A stretch of 64,000 nucleotides of DNA. It comes from Lama glama (Eukaryota). Where the stretch lies: positions 20,028,001 to 20,092,000 of the forward strand of contig CM052832.1 of NCBI GenBank assembly GCA_028534125.1. The letters are read 5' to 3'. Positions 26,751 through 39,391 of this stretch are shown in pieces. The translations under genes were made by a program, and so were the position numbers. The first letter of the stretch is position 1. Every line of letters begins with the position of its first letter. The notes beneath the pieces were generated by a model, which did no database searches, had not been told where the DNA came from, and worked only from the letters and a program-made list of their open reading frames with translations.

Positions 26751-29669
26751 TTTAGATTAATTGATGTACATTTATGGGATTCATAGAAGAAAAATATCCC
26801 CCAGCTTGCCTTGAAGTGCTTCTTGATTTTTTTCTCATACAGGAAATGTCTCTTGTCTGTTAAAACTAGTGAAACTAGTGAAAGAATCCAAAAAGTCTAT
26901 TGTTCTCTAAACTATCATCTTCTAATGATTTGACAGCTTTTTCTAATATGTTTTGGGGGTGGTTGTTGAGTTAGCAAGCCCCTAATTTCCAAGGTGATTG
27001 TTTCTGTAACTCGTAACTTAAAGATTTTAAATGTGTTAGTTTTTATCTGGAGATATTTACCAAAAGTTCCAGAAGTTGTTCAAGAAGCTATGTAATGCAT
27101 GTGTACAAATGTTCTCTTTGAAAAATTATCCGTATTTATGCAAAAATGGAAATTAATATATTGTCAGACAAAATGAAATGCTAGGCTAGGTACTCCTTAA
27201 CATAATTTTGGGAAACCCTTAGGAATAAAAAGAAATGTTTAAGAAACAATTTTAAAATGAACTAAAGTAAGATAGAAGTGTCTAAATATTTTAACTGCAA
27301 ATTTATAAACATATTAAACATATTGAATATATAAAAAGAAAAAAGAACAAATGAACTAAAATGAAGAACAACACTTTTCTAATTGCAGATTTGTCTTTCC
27401 TTATGCCATCTATTTGAAATTACTGTACATCGTTTTCTGGAGATACCTAAACAAATTTCTGAAGAACTATAATGAGAAAATATTGCATAATAGGAAATCA
27501 AGAAATCTCAATATATTAAGCCAAACAAAGACAGCTTCTTCCCCCTCACAATGTCCTCTTAGCTGTATTCTAATTACTGGAAAATTGCTAAGTTTGGGGT
27601 TAATTAATATGTTGTGAAATAATTGAAGTTCTATCCCTTTAATGTTTTTGATTATAATTTTTTCTTCCTTTCATATTCCTTTTACGTATATCTTGCAGTC
27701 TTTAGAGATGGGGATGGAGTGGTGGTTTTTGGGCAGTAGTTAATATTTGGCTGCAATTATTACCCAGAATAGAATTCCCTTCAAGGAAAGCTGTCTCTCT
27801 CAGCAAAGCACTCTTTCAAAGAGAAGACCCTGAAGGGCTGAGTAGGTGTAATTGAAGAGGAATGAAATGGTTTTAGCTATTAGAATTTACTTCTGGCTGA
27901 CAAGATTTAATTAAATGTTTTTGTACCTCTTCAGTAATTTGTTTCCAACATTCAAATTGTCAGCATTTATTCTACTAACAATCAGCAGCCTCATTGTCCT
28001 AAGGTGGACAAACAGAAAACGTGTATATTCTCCTCCACGCTGAAGAATCAAAGCATAAAGCGAACATATGCACACACAAAACAGGCAGAATCATTTGCTT
28101 CCTTTGACCAATGGTGGCCGTATATCCTTTATTCTCTTCTAAGACCTGATATCTTAAGAGCTTCTTTTTGTTGTGGTTGTTCTCAAAGCACATTTGTCAC
28201 AGAAAATTGGCCAGTGCAATATATTAACATCTCCGTGATGAAGCAGCTACTGACAAATTCAGAAGAGTTCCTTCCAGGAAATGTTGTTGAGTAATTGAAA
28301 GATGTGATAATCTTTTCTCACTCCCAGTTTGCATGAAAATTGTTCCAGGAAAAAATGGGTTCAGCTGTAATAGCGCCTGTCAGAGTCTTCCCATGGGGAG
28401 CACGGATTCTTGGTGACACTGATACGTAGGTAGATCGCCGTCAGACCTTGAACTTCAAATTAGTGGATAGTGGCTCTGTGGAGAAACCAACTAATTTTCT
28501 CCCTACAGGAATAGTCTGCAGCCTGACAGGCCAAGAGCATCCATTATTTTTAATTGGAGAGAAAAATGACACAGGTAGAGTGACATACCACATATCCGTG
28601 GCCTAACTTTGTGATGGGTGGGAAATTTGCTAGCAAAGTGGACTTTCATTTTGTATTCAGTTCCTTTTCACACCACCAGGAAGAGGTGAGGGGAGAATGT
28701 CTAAATGTCAGAATCAGTGAGAAGGAGACTGCTATTTCTCAGCAGAGGTAATTAGGTGGACCTTTCTCTACCCTGGACTAGGGTGTGAAGGCTCCTTCCA
28801 GGTACAGTGCCCTTTGTTCTGTTTTCAAGAGCCACAGACCAATGTATGTTCTCAAAAAGCAGCTTCCCCCTCTGTGATTAAATATTTATCACAGCAAGAA
28901 GCTAGCAGTGGGACCAAGTGCCTCCAATTAGCCACAACAGAGGGTTGTAAGTGACTACAGAACAAGTATCAATATTTTAAAAGGGGGGAGCAGGTCAGAG
29001 CAGTGAGGACACAAATCTTCATTTCTCCCCAAAAGTCCATTACAAAGGATATTGTTTCTTAGTAAACACCAACACTCGCTAATCTTCTGATCTATTAACA
29101 AGTTTCTGGTGGTGAGTGTCAATTAAAATACAACTTACTTTTCAACTTTCTTGGTTTCCAGGTGGTCTTATGAATAAAGTGTAAAAAAAAAAAGTCTTCT
29201 AAGATGAGACTGATCAATTTCAATGCTACAGTATTTAGAGTTGTTCCTAAGAAAAAAGTTGGCTTAATATTCAGGCAAAGATAAGCTCCTTGAAGGCAGC
29301 TATTCTACTTTTTTGGGTTCCATCAGTTCTCGGATGGACAGGAGTTTTAATTGTAGGTATAAGGGCAACATTAACACTTAGCCATCCCAAGTCAAAAAAA
29401 AGGCAGTACTCATTTTCATGAAAGCACCATCTTTACATTCGTTGAGGATACAAAAATAATATAAACAGGACAAAATGACCAGATAGTGCCCAGAACAAAA
29501 GGACAGCTTAACCACTCAGAAAAGAACTGGCAGTTTGGTCATATTACATTTCAGAGTTAGAGTCCAAGTGCATTTCTGTGATACAAAGTCAATAAAAAAC
29601 TTGTATTTTAAGGGAGAAATTCAGATATTTCACACTCCACCTGTCAAAAGATTTTTAATTTAATTTTAT

Positions 29670-29850
29670 AGTGTAATTGTTTGGTCCACGTTAAGTCACT
29701 CCATATAGCATAAGTCACAATGTATTATCATCCATGAACAGAAGAATAATATCCCCTACCTCACAGAGAAAGTCTAAATAATAAAGAAGACTGTGTATGA
29801 TCACAACTAGTGCTGTGCCTGAAACTCAGGCAATCGGTGAATGTTTATTT
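29670..29850 (+). mobile_element. MIR SINE
   Basis: aagtcact...aataatatcccctacctcacagag...gtgcctgaaactcagg. Confidence 0.6.
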
Positions 29851-30090
29851 ATTCCCTGCCCTCCTTCCCTTAGCACAGATCTGCTTGCTTGGATGGTTAG
29901 TTTTTCACAACTATGTTTCTATAAAGATGGGTAACATAAAAGATCTAGCCTGCCCTCTAATTGCGAAAAATCTGGCATATCAGTTTATACCAATGCAATA
30001 ACTGGGCAAGGATTTTCTCAATTTTTTTGACTTTTGCATATAATATTGGGCCTAGCCGTGACCAATTCAGCTATAAAAAGTTACATGTTG

Positions 30091-30135
<45 letters not shown>
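30091..30135. repeat. (ATA)15 microsatellite
   Basis: Read directly; it explains the poly-Asn run in ORF 29961. Confidence 0.97.
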
Positions 30136-32379
30136 TCAAATTCATCTACTTTCAGGTCCTAGTTCCCAATAATCACTGACACTAGAATTGTGTTCTACAT
30201 TTTGTTTCCCCATGTTATAATTCAAGGTTAATTCTGTGAAGTCTCAGAAAACAGTAAAGTGCATTTCCACTGTCACACAGAGAAAATGTAGAAGACTGTC
30301 CCAGAGTCTTGAGAAGTTTATTTCTATTTATTTTCATTTTAGTATGCTTCTCACAAGATAGATGGTAACTTTTGGCTATGTTGTCAAACTATGCCCCCAA
30401 ATGAAAAATGTCAACCAGGAGCTATTATGTCTATCTGGTCATTTATATTAAAATAATTTAGTGTTGTTTATGTATGTTACTAAATATGTTACTATCAATA
30501 AATGTGAAATACATGTCTTAAATATATGTGCTAGTTAACATTAATCTCCACCAGCCAATTATTAGTTATTCTTAGCTGTTATTGTTGTGTCTGAGGACTG
30601 GCCGTTCACTCAGGGAGCAGTTCCAGATGCTGAAGGCAAAGGCTTCCCCAAAGTACAGACTAGTGTGTTTGATTCCTCTGTACCTATTTACCAATAAATG
30701 TTACTGCATTTGGTAAAATTTGTAATGAGAGCTCCTTTTTAAAAAAAAATATACAGTACTGCTCTCTTTCTCTTAACCTTGGAGTTTACCAACATCTACC
30801 AAAAAGTAAAATAAGATTTAAAAACTGATACTGGCTAAGCAGTCGCACTGACTTAGGTTAATGCATAACAGAGACAGAGACGTAGTTCCTACTTCTTTTG
30901 CTTTGCTGCCTCGTCAACATTTTTTCCTGTTTATTTTGTGTATAAAGCAGCACACATATTATGGTGATGAGGATAAGGCGGCATTTGTCCTGTTTAATTG
31001 GCATCACAATGGCTACCATGTTTCCAACAAGCATCCCTATAAATGTCTATTTGGCAGCTTTGTCCATCAGCCAGTAAGTCAGTGAGACAAGGAGGTGGCA
31101 GTGGAGCTGAACGGCTGCATCTGGTAACAGTCAGAGGGACAGTACGTGCATTGTAGAATCTGAAATGGCTCTGGTTACCAGTCCTGACTTCATGTGATTC
31201 TTGGAACAGTAGGTGAGATGCCTTTCAAGAAAGAATGTACAACTGAAATAAATTTAAATAAAAATAGTCTTCTTGAGGTCGCAATGCATTTCCCCTTAAA
31301 TCACAAGTCACTACTGATGGGGAAAAAAATTCTGTATGTAGTCTTTCACAGAGGATATAAATTGAAACTGAACTGGAAATATTTATCATCCTGAAATGCT
31401 GCAGGTTGGAATAAACCTCTAATATTTCACACATTCTCTGGTTATTTGAAAATGTGAAAATGAGTTACAAGATGAGCTCTCAGGCCCTTCCCTTAGGAAC
31501 AGACTACTGTGACTGTCAGTAGATCATTCATATGGCCGCCCTCTCCTGTTACTGCATCTGTCTGCTCTTTCCAGTCACAGTATCTAAACAAAGTTTTTAA
31601 GATGAGTGGCAGTGCTTGAAGTTAGGGACATTGTCAAAGTTATATGAACAAAAGAATAGCTGGAAGACTCTGCTAGAATGTAAAACGTGGCATTGTTGTG
31701 TATCTGTGCATCCTCTGAGTGGGTGGCCCCGTAATAAGCCATGCAAGACCCGTGTGAGCCCGTTCCCAGAGATCAATGCCATGACTGCGGTCATCCATCA
31801 TCTCTAACACAGGCAGGATGCAATCAATGGTAATCCATCTCCTTCCCATTGGATAATTGATTTTTTTAAAAATTTGTGGGATTGATCTTTTTTCATTTTA
31901 AGAAACTGTCATTGCATAATACAGTAGTTTTAAGGATTGAGGGGAAAAGGGTTTAGTTGTTTCAATAAAACTCTAATGTCACTGGGTTTAAATATACTCT
32001 CATTCACGAGTAGCCCTGGGAAAAATTATGAAGCTTTGGTCTTGGGTATTTTCCTATGTTCCCTTTTGGCTATTTTCGCCTCCTGTGAAACCATGCACAA
32101 ACCGTTTTAGGTGATTAATAAGTTTCTGTTTGTGCCAATTAACTTGCATCAAGTTATTTGCTATTAATGATGCTCCCAATCCTGGTGTCTTTCACCTTCA
32201 GAGAGGTCTTTTATAAAATACTATTCCTGAAGAACCGCACCTTGGGGACAATGGCAGCTAATACAATTTTTTTTTTTGAGTAAAGGTTTTAAAAAGATAC
32301 AAATATTACACTACCTAGCCAGACTTCCAATTTTCTCTTTCAACTTTATATTTCTCATACTTAATAGCATATGTCACAT

Positions 32380-32960
32380 GTATTCATCCACTTGTTCAAA
32401 AGGTATTAGTTTTGTATCTTCAACATGTTAGGTACTGTTCAATGCACTGAGTATACATTAATTTAAAAAGGAAAAGAAAAAGTAAAACGATGTCTCTTAG
32501 AGACTCTAGATTGCAATAGAAAGAAAAACAAAAAGAGAAATACATAAATATCTTCTAGAATTGATTGATTCTATAGAATATAAAATAGTCTGATTCCAGT
32601 AACTGGAGGCTGCTCTTGTTAGGGTCACCCTGGAAGGTCTCTTGGTCAGGGTGACATTCTATAAAGGGAACTAAATGTTCCAAGGTTCTACAAAGGAAAT
32701 AGAAAGGGCAATTTGAAAGAGAGAAAGATTATGGGGGAGTGGGTGGGAAACTGCCATTTTGGACAGAGTGTCAGGAGAGCACTGTACAGGGGTGATGTTT
32801 AACTGACAGATGAATGGTAACAAGAGTGCCAGACAAAACTAAGGAAGCAACCACTTCTGAGTGGCTTGTTAGTTCAAAGATGTTAGGGTGAAACAGTTAG
32901 GCACATTCTGAAAGAATTTGATGTGTAAGATGGAAAGAAAGCCAGGGTACCCTGTGTGTA
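32380..32960 (-). mobile_element. L2 fragment(s)
   Basis: tattcatcca...catgttaggtactgttc...ggaaggtctc...ggtgacatt. Confidence 0.65.
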
Positions 32961-33189
32961 GTGAGTGGCACTCGGTTGGTACCCCCAATAGACAAATACC
33001 ACTTTCCCCTATCTAAGAACACCTCTCATGAGGAAGTGACACAATTTACAAAGCCACGCTCACAGAACATCCCCAGCCTGATGTCTCTAGTAGGATCTTA
33101 CTTTGAGCTTAACATAATAAACACTAACTTCTATAAAATTCAATTGTCAGAGTGTTAATTGTGTTATTTCTAATTTTATATTAAACCTA

Positions 33190-34090
33190 TTCAAGGAATT
33201 TTTTATTTCAGATATTATATATTCTCCAGTCCTAGAATTTTAATTTGGTTCTTTTTTAGTTTCCAGTTCTCTGATGAGATCATCATTCGTTCACTTATGT
33301 TCACCTTTTTCTTTAAATCCTTGAATATATCTATAATAGTTATTTTGTAGTATTTGTTTATTAATTCCAAAGTCTGGGTCATCCTGGGATCTGTTTTTAT
33401 TAAATGCGTTTTGTCTTGATTAGTGGTCGTATTTTCCAGCTTTTTAACATTGCAAGTCATGTTTTTGTTTTATGCTAGACGTTGTAGACATTAAATTATA
33501 AGAAATCTGGATTATGTTGTCTTCCTCTCTAAGGGTTGACTTTTCCTCTGACAAACAGTTAAATTACTAGTGGATTTTTCTTGATTCAGTCAGGCTGGGT
33601 TTGATCCCTTCTTTGGCCACATCTGTCTTTATCTTCTTTAGCTCTGTAGTACAGATAACTAACCTAGGCAATAATCCTTACTTATAAATTTTGCCTTTCT
33701 AGGATCTCAACTCTAGCTCAGTGTGGCATTTCACTCTGACTGGGCTGAACATTCCAACATATTCCAGCACTGTGTGACCTCAGGAATTTCATTTCAATTT
33801 CCAGTCCTAAAGCCTCTAGTTTCTGTTAGACTTTGCAATCTAATCTAGGACTTAGCCAAAGACCCAAAGGGTACCACCACATAGACACTGTCCTCTTCCT
33901 CACAGTTCCGTTTTCTCTGCTACTATGTCCTACAAATTCCATGGACCTCCACAGTCCAGAACTCAGATTTCTGCCTGCTTAGCTTAAGTAGCCTTTGCTT
34001 AGTCACCTTAGTTAGGCTCCTGATTTCTGCTTGGGATCCATCTTCCTGTACTATGGTTGAGAAAGTTCCCTGAGGCAGAAAGTCCTATAT
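33190..34090 (-). mobile_element. Old L1 5' region (ORF1 start and 5' UTR)
   Basis: tttcagatattatatattctccagtcctagaattttaatttggttctttt. ORF 33215 (TDPRMTQTLEL...KKNQIKILGLE) resembles the N-terminal coiled coil of L1 ORF1. Confidence 0.8.
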
Positions 34091-34249
34091 TCCTGTACTA
34101 GTCAACTGTGCTTTTGGAGAAAGACTGCAACATAACTGTAGTAACTGTAGTCGGGACCATGAGGTATAAAATGCTGAAGGTTCAATGGGCTTTGCTTCCT
34201 TTAGCAGTAGATTTTAAGGAGAAATCTTGTTACCACTTTGGGGATGGAT

Positions 34250-34397
34250 ACACACACACACACACTCACACACACACTCACACACATACACACACACAAG
34301 GACATATAGATTATACACACACACACATACACACACACACACACAGGGACATATAGATTATACACACACACACATATATATACATATGTGTATATAT
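34250..34397. repeat. Interrupted (CA)n array with a duplicated spacer ggacatatagattata
   Basis: Read directly from the sequence. Confidence 0.95.
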
Positions 34398-34559
34398 CTT
34401 AGCTACCTAAATTATAATATTGTGTTTGTAAGTAATTAGTAAAGATAATGCAAGTATATAAGTTAGGTGATCTTGAATTATCTCAAAGGTATCTCCTTCC
34501 TTAGCATAAAACAAAAGTTCTAATGGCTATGTTGATATCATCAAGCTGAACCTAGAGTA

Positions 34560-34730
34560 TTGGTCAGGGATACCACATTACCCACAATAAGCTGGACCAA
34601 TCAGGAACAAACCCCTGGTGCTGAGGGTGGGGCGCACTTTCCCTGAAGTATATGTATTTCGTGAATGAGAAATGATATCTGCAGGAGAGTTGGAATACTG
34701 GATGTTGGCTTGGCAATAATGGTTAGTACA
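34560..34730 (-). mobile_element. Old MaLR LTR fragment (MLT1K/L-like)
   Basis: gaccaatcagga...cccctggtgctgagggtgggg...ttccctgaag...ggatgttggcttggcaa. Confidence 0.55.
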
Positions 34731-36249
34731 AAGTAGTATGTATCTCTTCACACTAAAAAACTAAAGAAGTAGAAATTGTTTTCCTGATCTACAGATGAAG
34801 GAGCAAGCACATTATTGTTACTTTATGTATTAAAAAATAAACACAGTGGTACTTAATAATAAATATCAAATGTCATTAGATTGAATACTTGAGTTGACAT
34901 ATATAAATGCCCATTTATAACTATGATGTATCACAGAAGAGAGAATAATTGTTAATTAAGATGACACTGTTAAAGGTGTTCCTAAATTCTAGCAAACATG
35001 TTTAATATTTGTGCTATTACAAAGACAATATAAGGGCATTTATGTTTTTTCTCATTAGGGAATCAATTTTCAATTTTTTTCTTCTTCAAGAAATTACAGC
35101 CAAAAATTTGAAATCTACGTCAATTTCAACTTTGGAAGTAGAACAGATTTATCAGGTCAAAGAACAAGAGATAGACATAAAGCACTGAAATAAGACAGAT
35201 AAGATTTGCAGCATCAAGAAAAGAAACATGGAAATTATTCCTAAGGCACTAAGCAAAGCACGCAGCCAACAAATTACAGACCGTTCTAGACAGAAAAGAA
35301 AAACTTTCTAGGAAATGAAATGATGATACATACATAAACTTTGAACATACTCATTATCAAAGATTAAGAGTTTTATGTAAATAAAGTAAGGATTGAGACC
35401 TGGAAAATGACAGGCCCCAAGGATAAGAGCAAACTTAGATAGAATAGTCATGGTCTTGGGATCCCCCAAAGGAGCAAATATTATAGACTGTTGTTTTAAC
35501 AAATGATTTCATTTTCAATGCTACTCATTAAAATTGAATTGAACTTTTATTCTTTTCTAAGGTTCATTTGACATGACAAGATTATTCATAGATATGGGTA
35601 TATGTAAATTTACTCAGTAGCAAAAATCATCCATAAAGAATGTATTAAGTACTTATGAGCACACATCTCATGAGTAGATTCAATGGGGCCAATGACTGCA
35701 TCCTAGAGGGATTACCACCACTACTATCTTACACATAGCCATAGGTTCATTTAGGTTAATTAACAGCCACCCAGAAGAGTGTGGACATTAACATTTCTTT
35801 TTATAAGATAAATTATTCTGAAGTAGTTATATTTCTACCCTATTCTGAACACTTCCCTAAATCAAGTACCTGCAGGATACTGGAGATCTGTAAGACACTC
35901 TCTAGTATATTAAGAAGCAGGGCAAGTTTATGTTGGTGGGCTCTAGAGATTATTTTAATAATACCTAGATCTACTCTGGTCCAGCTTTCAAATCCCCTCT
36001 TCCTGAGTCTTTGTGGTCTTCCTGTCAGACTATCATAGATGCCTTTGTTTAGAAAACATTGGGTGTCATTTATTTAAATATTTAGATCTGCTTAACTCTG
36101 AGAAAAATTCTGTGGGCACTCTCTAAGTCCTTTAATAAGTGTTTAGCATTAATTTTATTTCTATTCTCAAAAATACTATGTTTTGAATTCAGCAAAATCT
36201 ATTCTAATTTTCAAGCTGGTGCCCTATCCAGTTGCCTTAACCTCCAAAG

Positions 36250-36430
36250 TTGTGTGATCACTTGAAAGATAATTCTTGGGCTTCTGTATCTTCATTTAGA
36301 AATTAAAAATAATTTTACTACCTTACAAGGCTGTTGTACTGTTCAAAGAATTTACTTCATAGAGAATTCAAAATATTACTCATCATGTAATAAGTGCTCA
36401 ACAGGGTTTAATAAAGTAGTCACATTACTT
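36250..36430 (+). mobile_element. MIR SINE
   Basis: ctaccttacaaggctgttgt...gtaataagtgctcaa. Confidence 0.6.
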
Positions 36431-37780
36431 ATCATCCAAATAGAAACAGCTTTGAGCTTAAAGGGGTACTATTCATAACATACAAGGACAACAGGTATAA
36501 ACTGAAACCATGCAGAGCAAATGGGGATCTAATGTCATCCTGATTATTCGCTATGATTATCTAAGAAATCATGTCCTTCAATGTAGGGCTTATCATTCAA
36601 TGCTCCCGATTCAACTTGTTTGAATCTAATACTTATTTTCTTTCCCAGAGTGAATGTCCATTAGCAGTAGTCAATGCCAACAAATAATCACCTACTACTT
36701 AATGAAACCCAGTACTGTTCTTGTGGTAGAAGACTTCAGGCAGGAGATCACCGAGGTTTGAAGTAGCTATGGAAGAAATTGAGCATAGACTGGGCTTCCA
36801 AGTCTGGGCACAATTTGAACATATTAAAGGAAAAAATAGGGCATTCCTAGGGAAACAGTTTTTAGGAGTCCGGATAACAGCGCACATTGTGTACACTGGA
36901 CAGGAGACTGATAGGGGTAAGTTCTGTGCTAGCAGAGTCTGACTGCAAAGAGTCTTAACAATGAAACAGAAAGGTGAGGATTTAGTGCAATAAGGACCAT
37001 AGAGTTAGGTGTCTCGATCTGGAGAGCCATATCATGACTGTGTTCTAAGAAAGTTGCAGCACTCTGCAAGAAGACAATGATTTAAACAAGAAGTCTTTCT
37101 CATTAAAAAGGCATTTTGTTATCTCAGATCTTGAATCAAGGACATTGAAATTATTCTTCTTTTGTGCATTTTCTCATAATCTACTTTCTGTTTGCTTTTG
37201 GCCAACTATTTTGGGAATTGTTCTTACTGCTTATTTTCACATGTCCTGTTAAATTATACAGCACACACTTTGTCCCTAGATTCTCAGTGCTGCACATTCA
37301 TGCCACCGGGAAGAACGCTGAAAACAAAGACATTAATTTTATAAGTTCTCCATCAGCATTTCTTCAATATTCAATGTAGGGAGAGAATTTTACACAAAAA
37401 TACTGATTGAATATCCATCTGGTAAGTCTTTAGCATTATATAATTTCTTTCCACTGCATATGGAGCAGCTGAGACACCTTGGGGACTGTTTGTAGAAGAT
37501 CGTTGCTGCAGGCCATGGAAAATTCTGTGCACTGCTTTCCATACATGTTTGGTTACAGCTGGTTCTGGTTTGTGTGTTTTGGGGTTTTCCAATGCAATTA
37601 CTGCCGGCTTCATGTGTACCAAATAGATCTGCCTCTTTCTGTTTCAGCTAAAGTCTTTTCAACCAGAGTTTACAATGTGAATGCGCTGATTACAAAATAA
37701 AATTACCCAGACAGACTGAAGGAAACTCAGAAAGACAAGACATGGGGAACCTCAGTCTAATGTTTTCCCAGGCAGAAATG

Positions 37781-37812
37781 ACTACTACTACTAATAATAA
37801 TAATAATAATAA
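37781..37812. repeat. (ACT)n(AAT)n microsatellite
   Basis: Read directly from the sequence. Confidence 0.9.
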
Positions 37813-39391
37813 AGAAAAAGGAAAAAAAGCAATTTCTGTTTCATGTCCAAGGTTCTGTTAGGCTCCTTTGCATGTGTACTTTTGTCCCAAGTGTTTCATT
37901 GCAGGGAATAATTCTTTCCCTTTTCTGCAGAAAGAACTCTCCTACCAGGCGCATGATGTATTCTGCCTGGACCTGACAGTTCCATCCTATTTCTCCTAGA
38001 TCAATACGGGCCTCAGTCTTGCGGTCACTCTGCTTTCGTTCAGTCTCAGTAATTCTCAGATTGACTGCTCGTAGATGCAGTGGGGAGGAGCCAGTGATCC
38101 CACGCAGCCACTGGCTTGCAGCTGGCATGCACAATTATTGGGAGAGAGGTGTGCAGCATAAATCCAGGGATGGCGCCAAAAGAAGTGGCTTTTTTTCATC
38201 ATTATAGTCTCAATAAAATCAGATGGTACTCTATCCATGGGCTTTTTAAATGAAAGTTTCTATCATCTTATAGAAAATACACACAAAATGCATGGACACT
38301 GACAAAGTCTGTGCCTTCTGTGTATGCAAGCAAGATATTCCATACATGAGCTCTGTTCTTCTCTATGAAGAAGATACTGCTAACAGCAAGTGAGATACTC
38401 TTCAAATGTATTGGCCCTTTCAATGCTCTTGAAAGAGCACCTGCAGACACAATGATGGATTTGTGCTTGGGACACGCTCTGTACTGTTTTCTGACATGCA
38501 TGCTTGGAGCACAAGTGAATGCTAAACAGTTATCCATGACTGACATGGTTGGTATGTCAGTGATATTATCTTTCTGTTAATAATATAACTGTGTAGCAGG
38601 CATCTAATGTGCTTACTTCCAGATTTCCAAATAAATAGACCAATTGACTATAAACATAGAAAGAAAAAAAAAACTTTGAAAAGAAAAAAGAGAAGTCCAA
38701 ATGCCAAGAACTTTAAGACATTTCTGCTGGATCCATTTTGTCAAGACAGTGTTGAATTGAGGAGTGGGTCATGGCTCTTCTCCTGAGAAGGACATGTGTA
38801 CCAGGGAAACAAGAGGAGGAAACTCACAGAATGCGACTGGTGTTTCTGAGCAATGACACTTGAAGGCTCCAGTTGTAGGGGTGTGTGTCTGTGTGGAGTG
38901 TGATGTCAGGAAGAGCCCGTGGCTTGGGAACACAAGGAAGTGAGTATTCAGAAGAGAAACATCTGGGTCCCGTAAGGGACTCAGGAAAGTAATTCTGGTT
39001 CTAGATACATCAAGCCTGGAGGCTACAGAGACATTGAGCACAGGTTTACACATGCCATAGCTGTTTATTCTTAGCCAAACATAATGATTTACCAGGGCTG
39101 GCTGTGTATGAAGGAAGCCGTGCCAGGGGAAGAAAGGGGGGAAGAAAAAAGACATGGCACCAGAGAAGAAACGTTTCCACACAAGAAAGAAAAATAGGCA
39201 GCCTTTTGCTTATCACTGGTCTCTTTCCCTCCCTGCTTCTCCACTTGCTGGGTCACTGACCAAGTCCAGGAAATACTGTATTAATTTTAAACCTCACACT
39301 ACTGGCATCAGTGGGGACTGAGTTAGGAAAATAATTACACTGGCTTTATGCAAAACCTAGCTCAAAACTGTATAAGAAAATAAAATAACTG

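Noticed and set aside
29961..34439. Poly-Asn and (HT)n ORFs
   Set aside because: These are translations of microsatellites.
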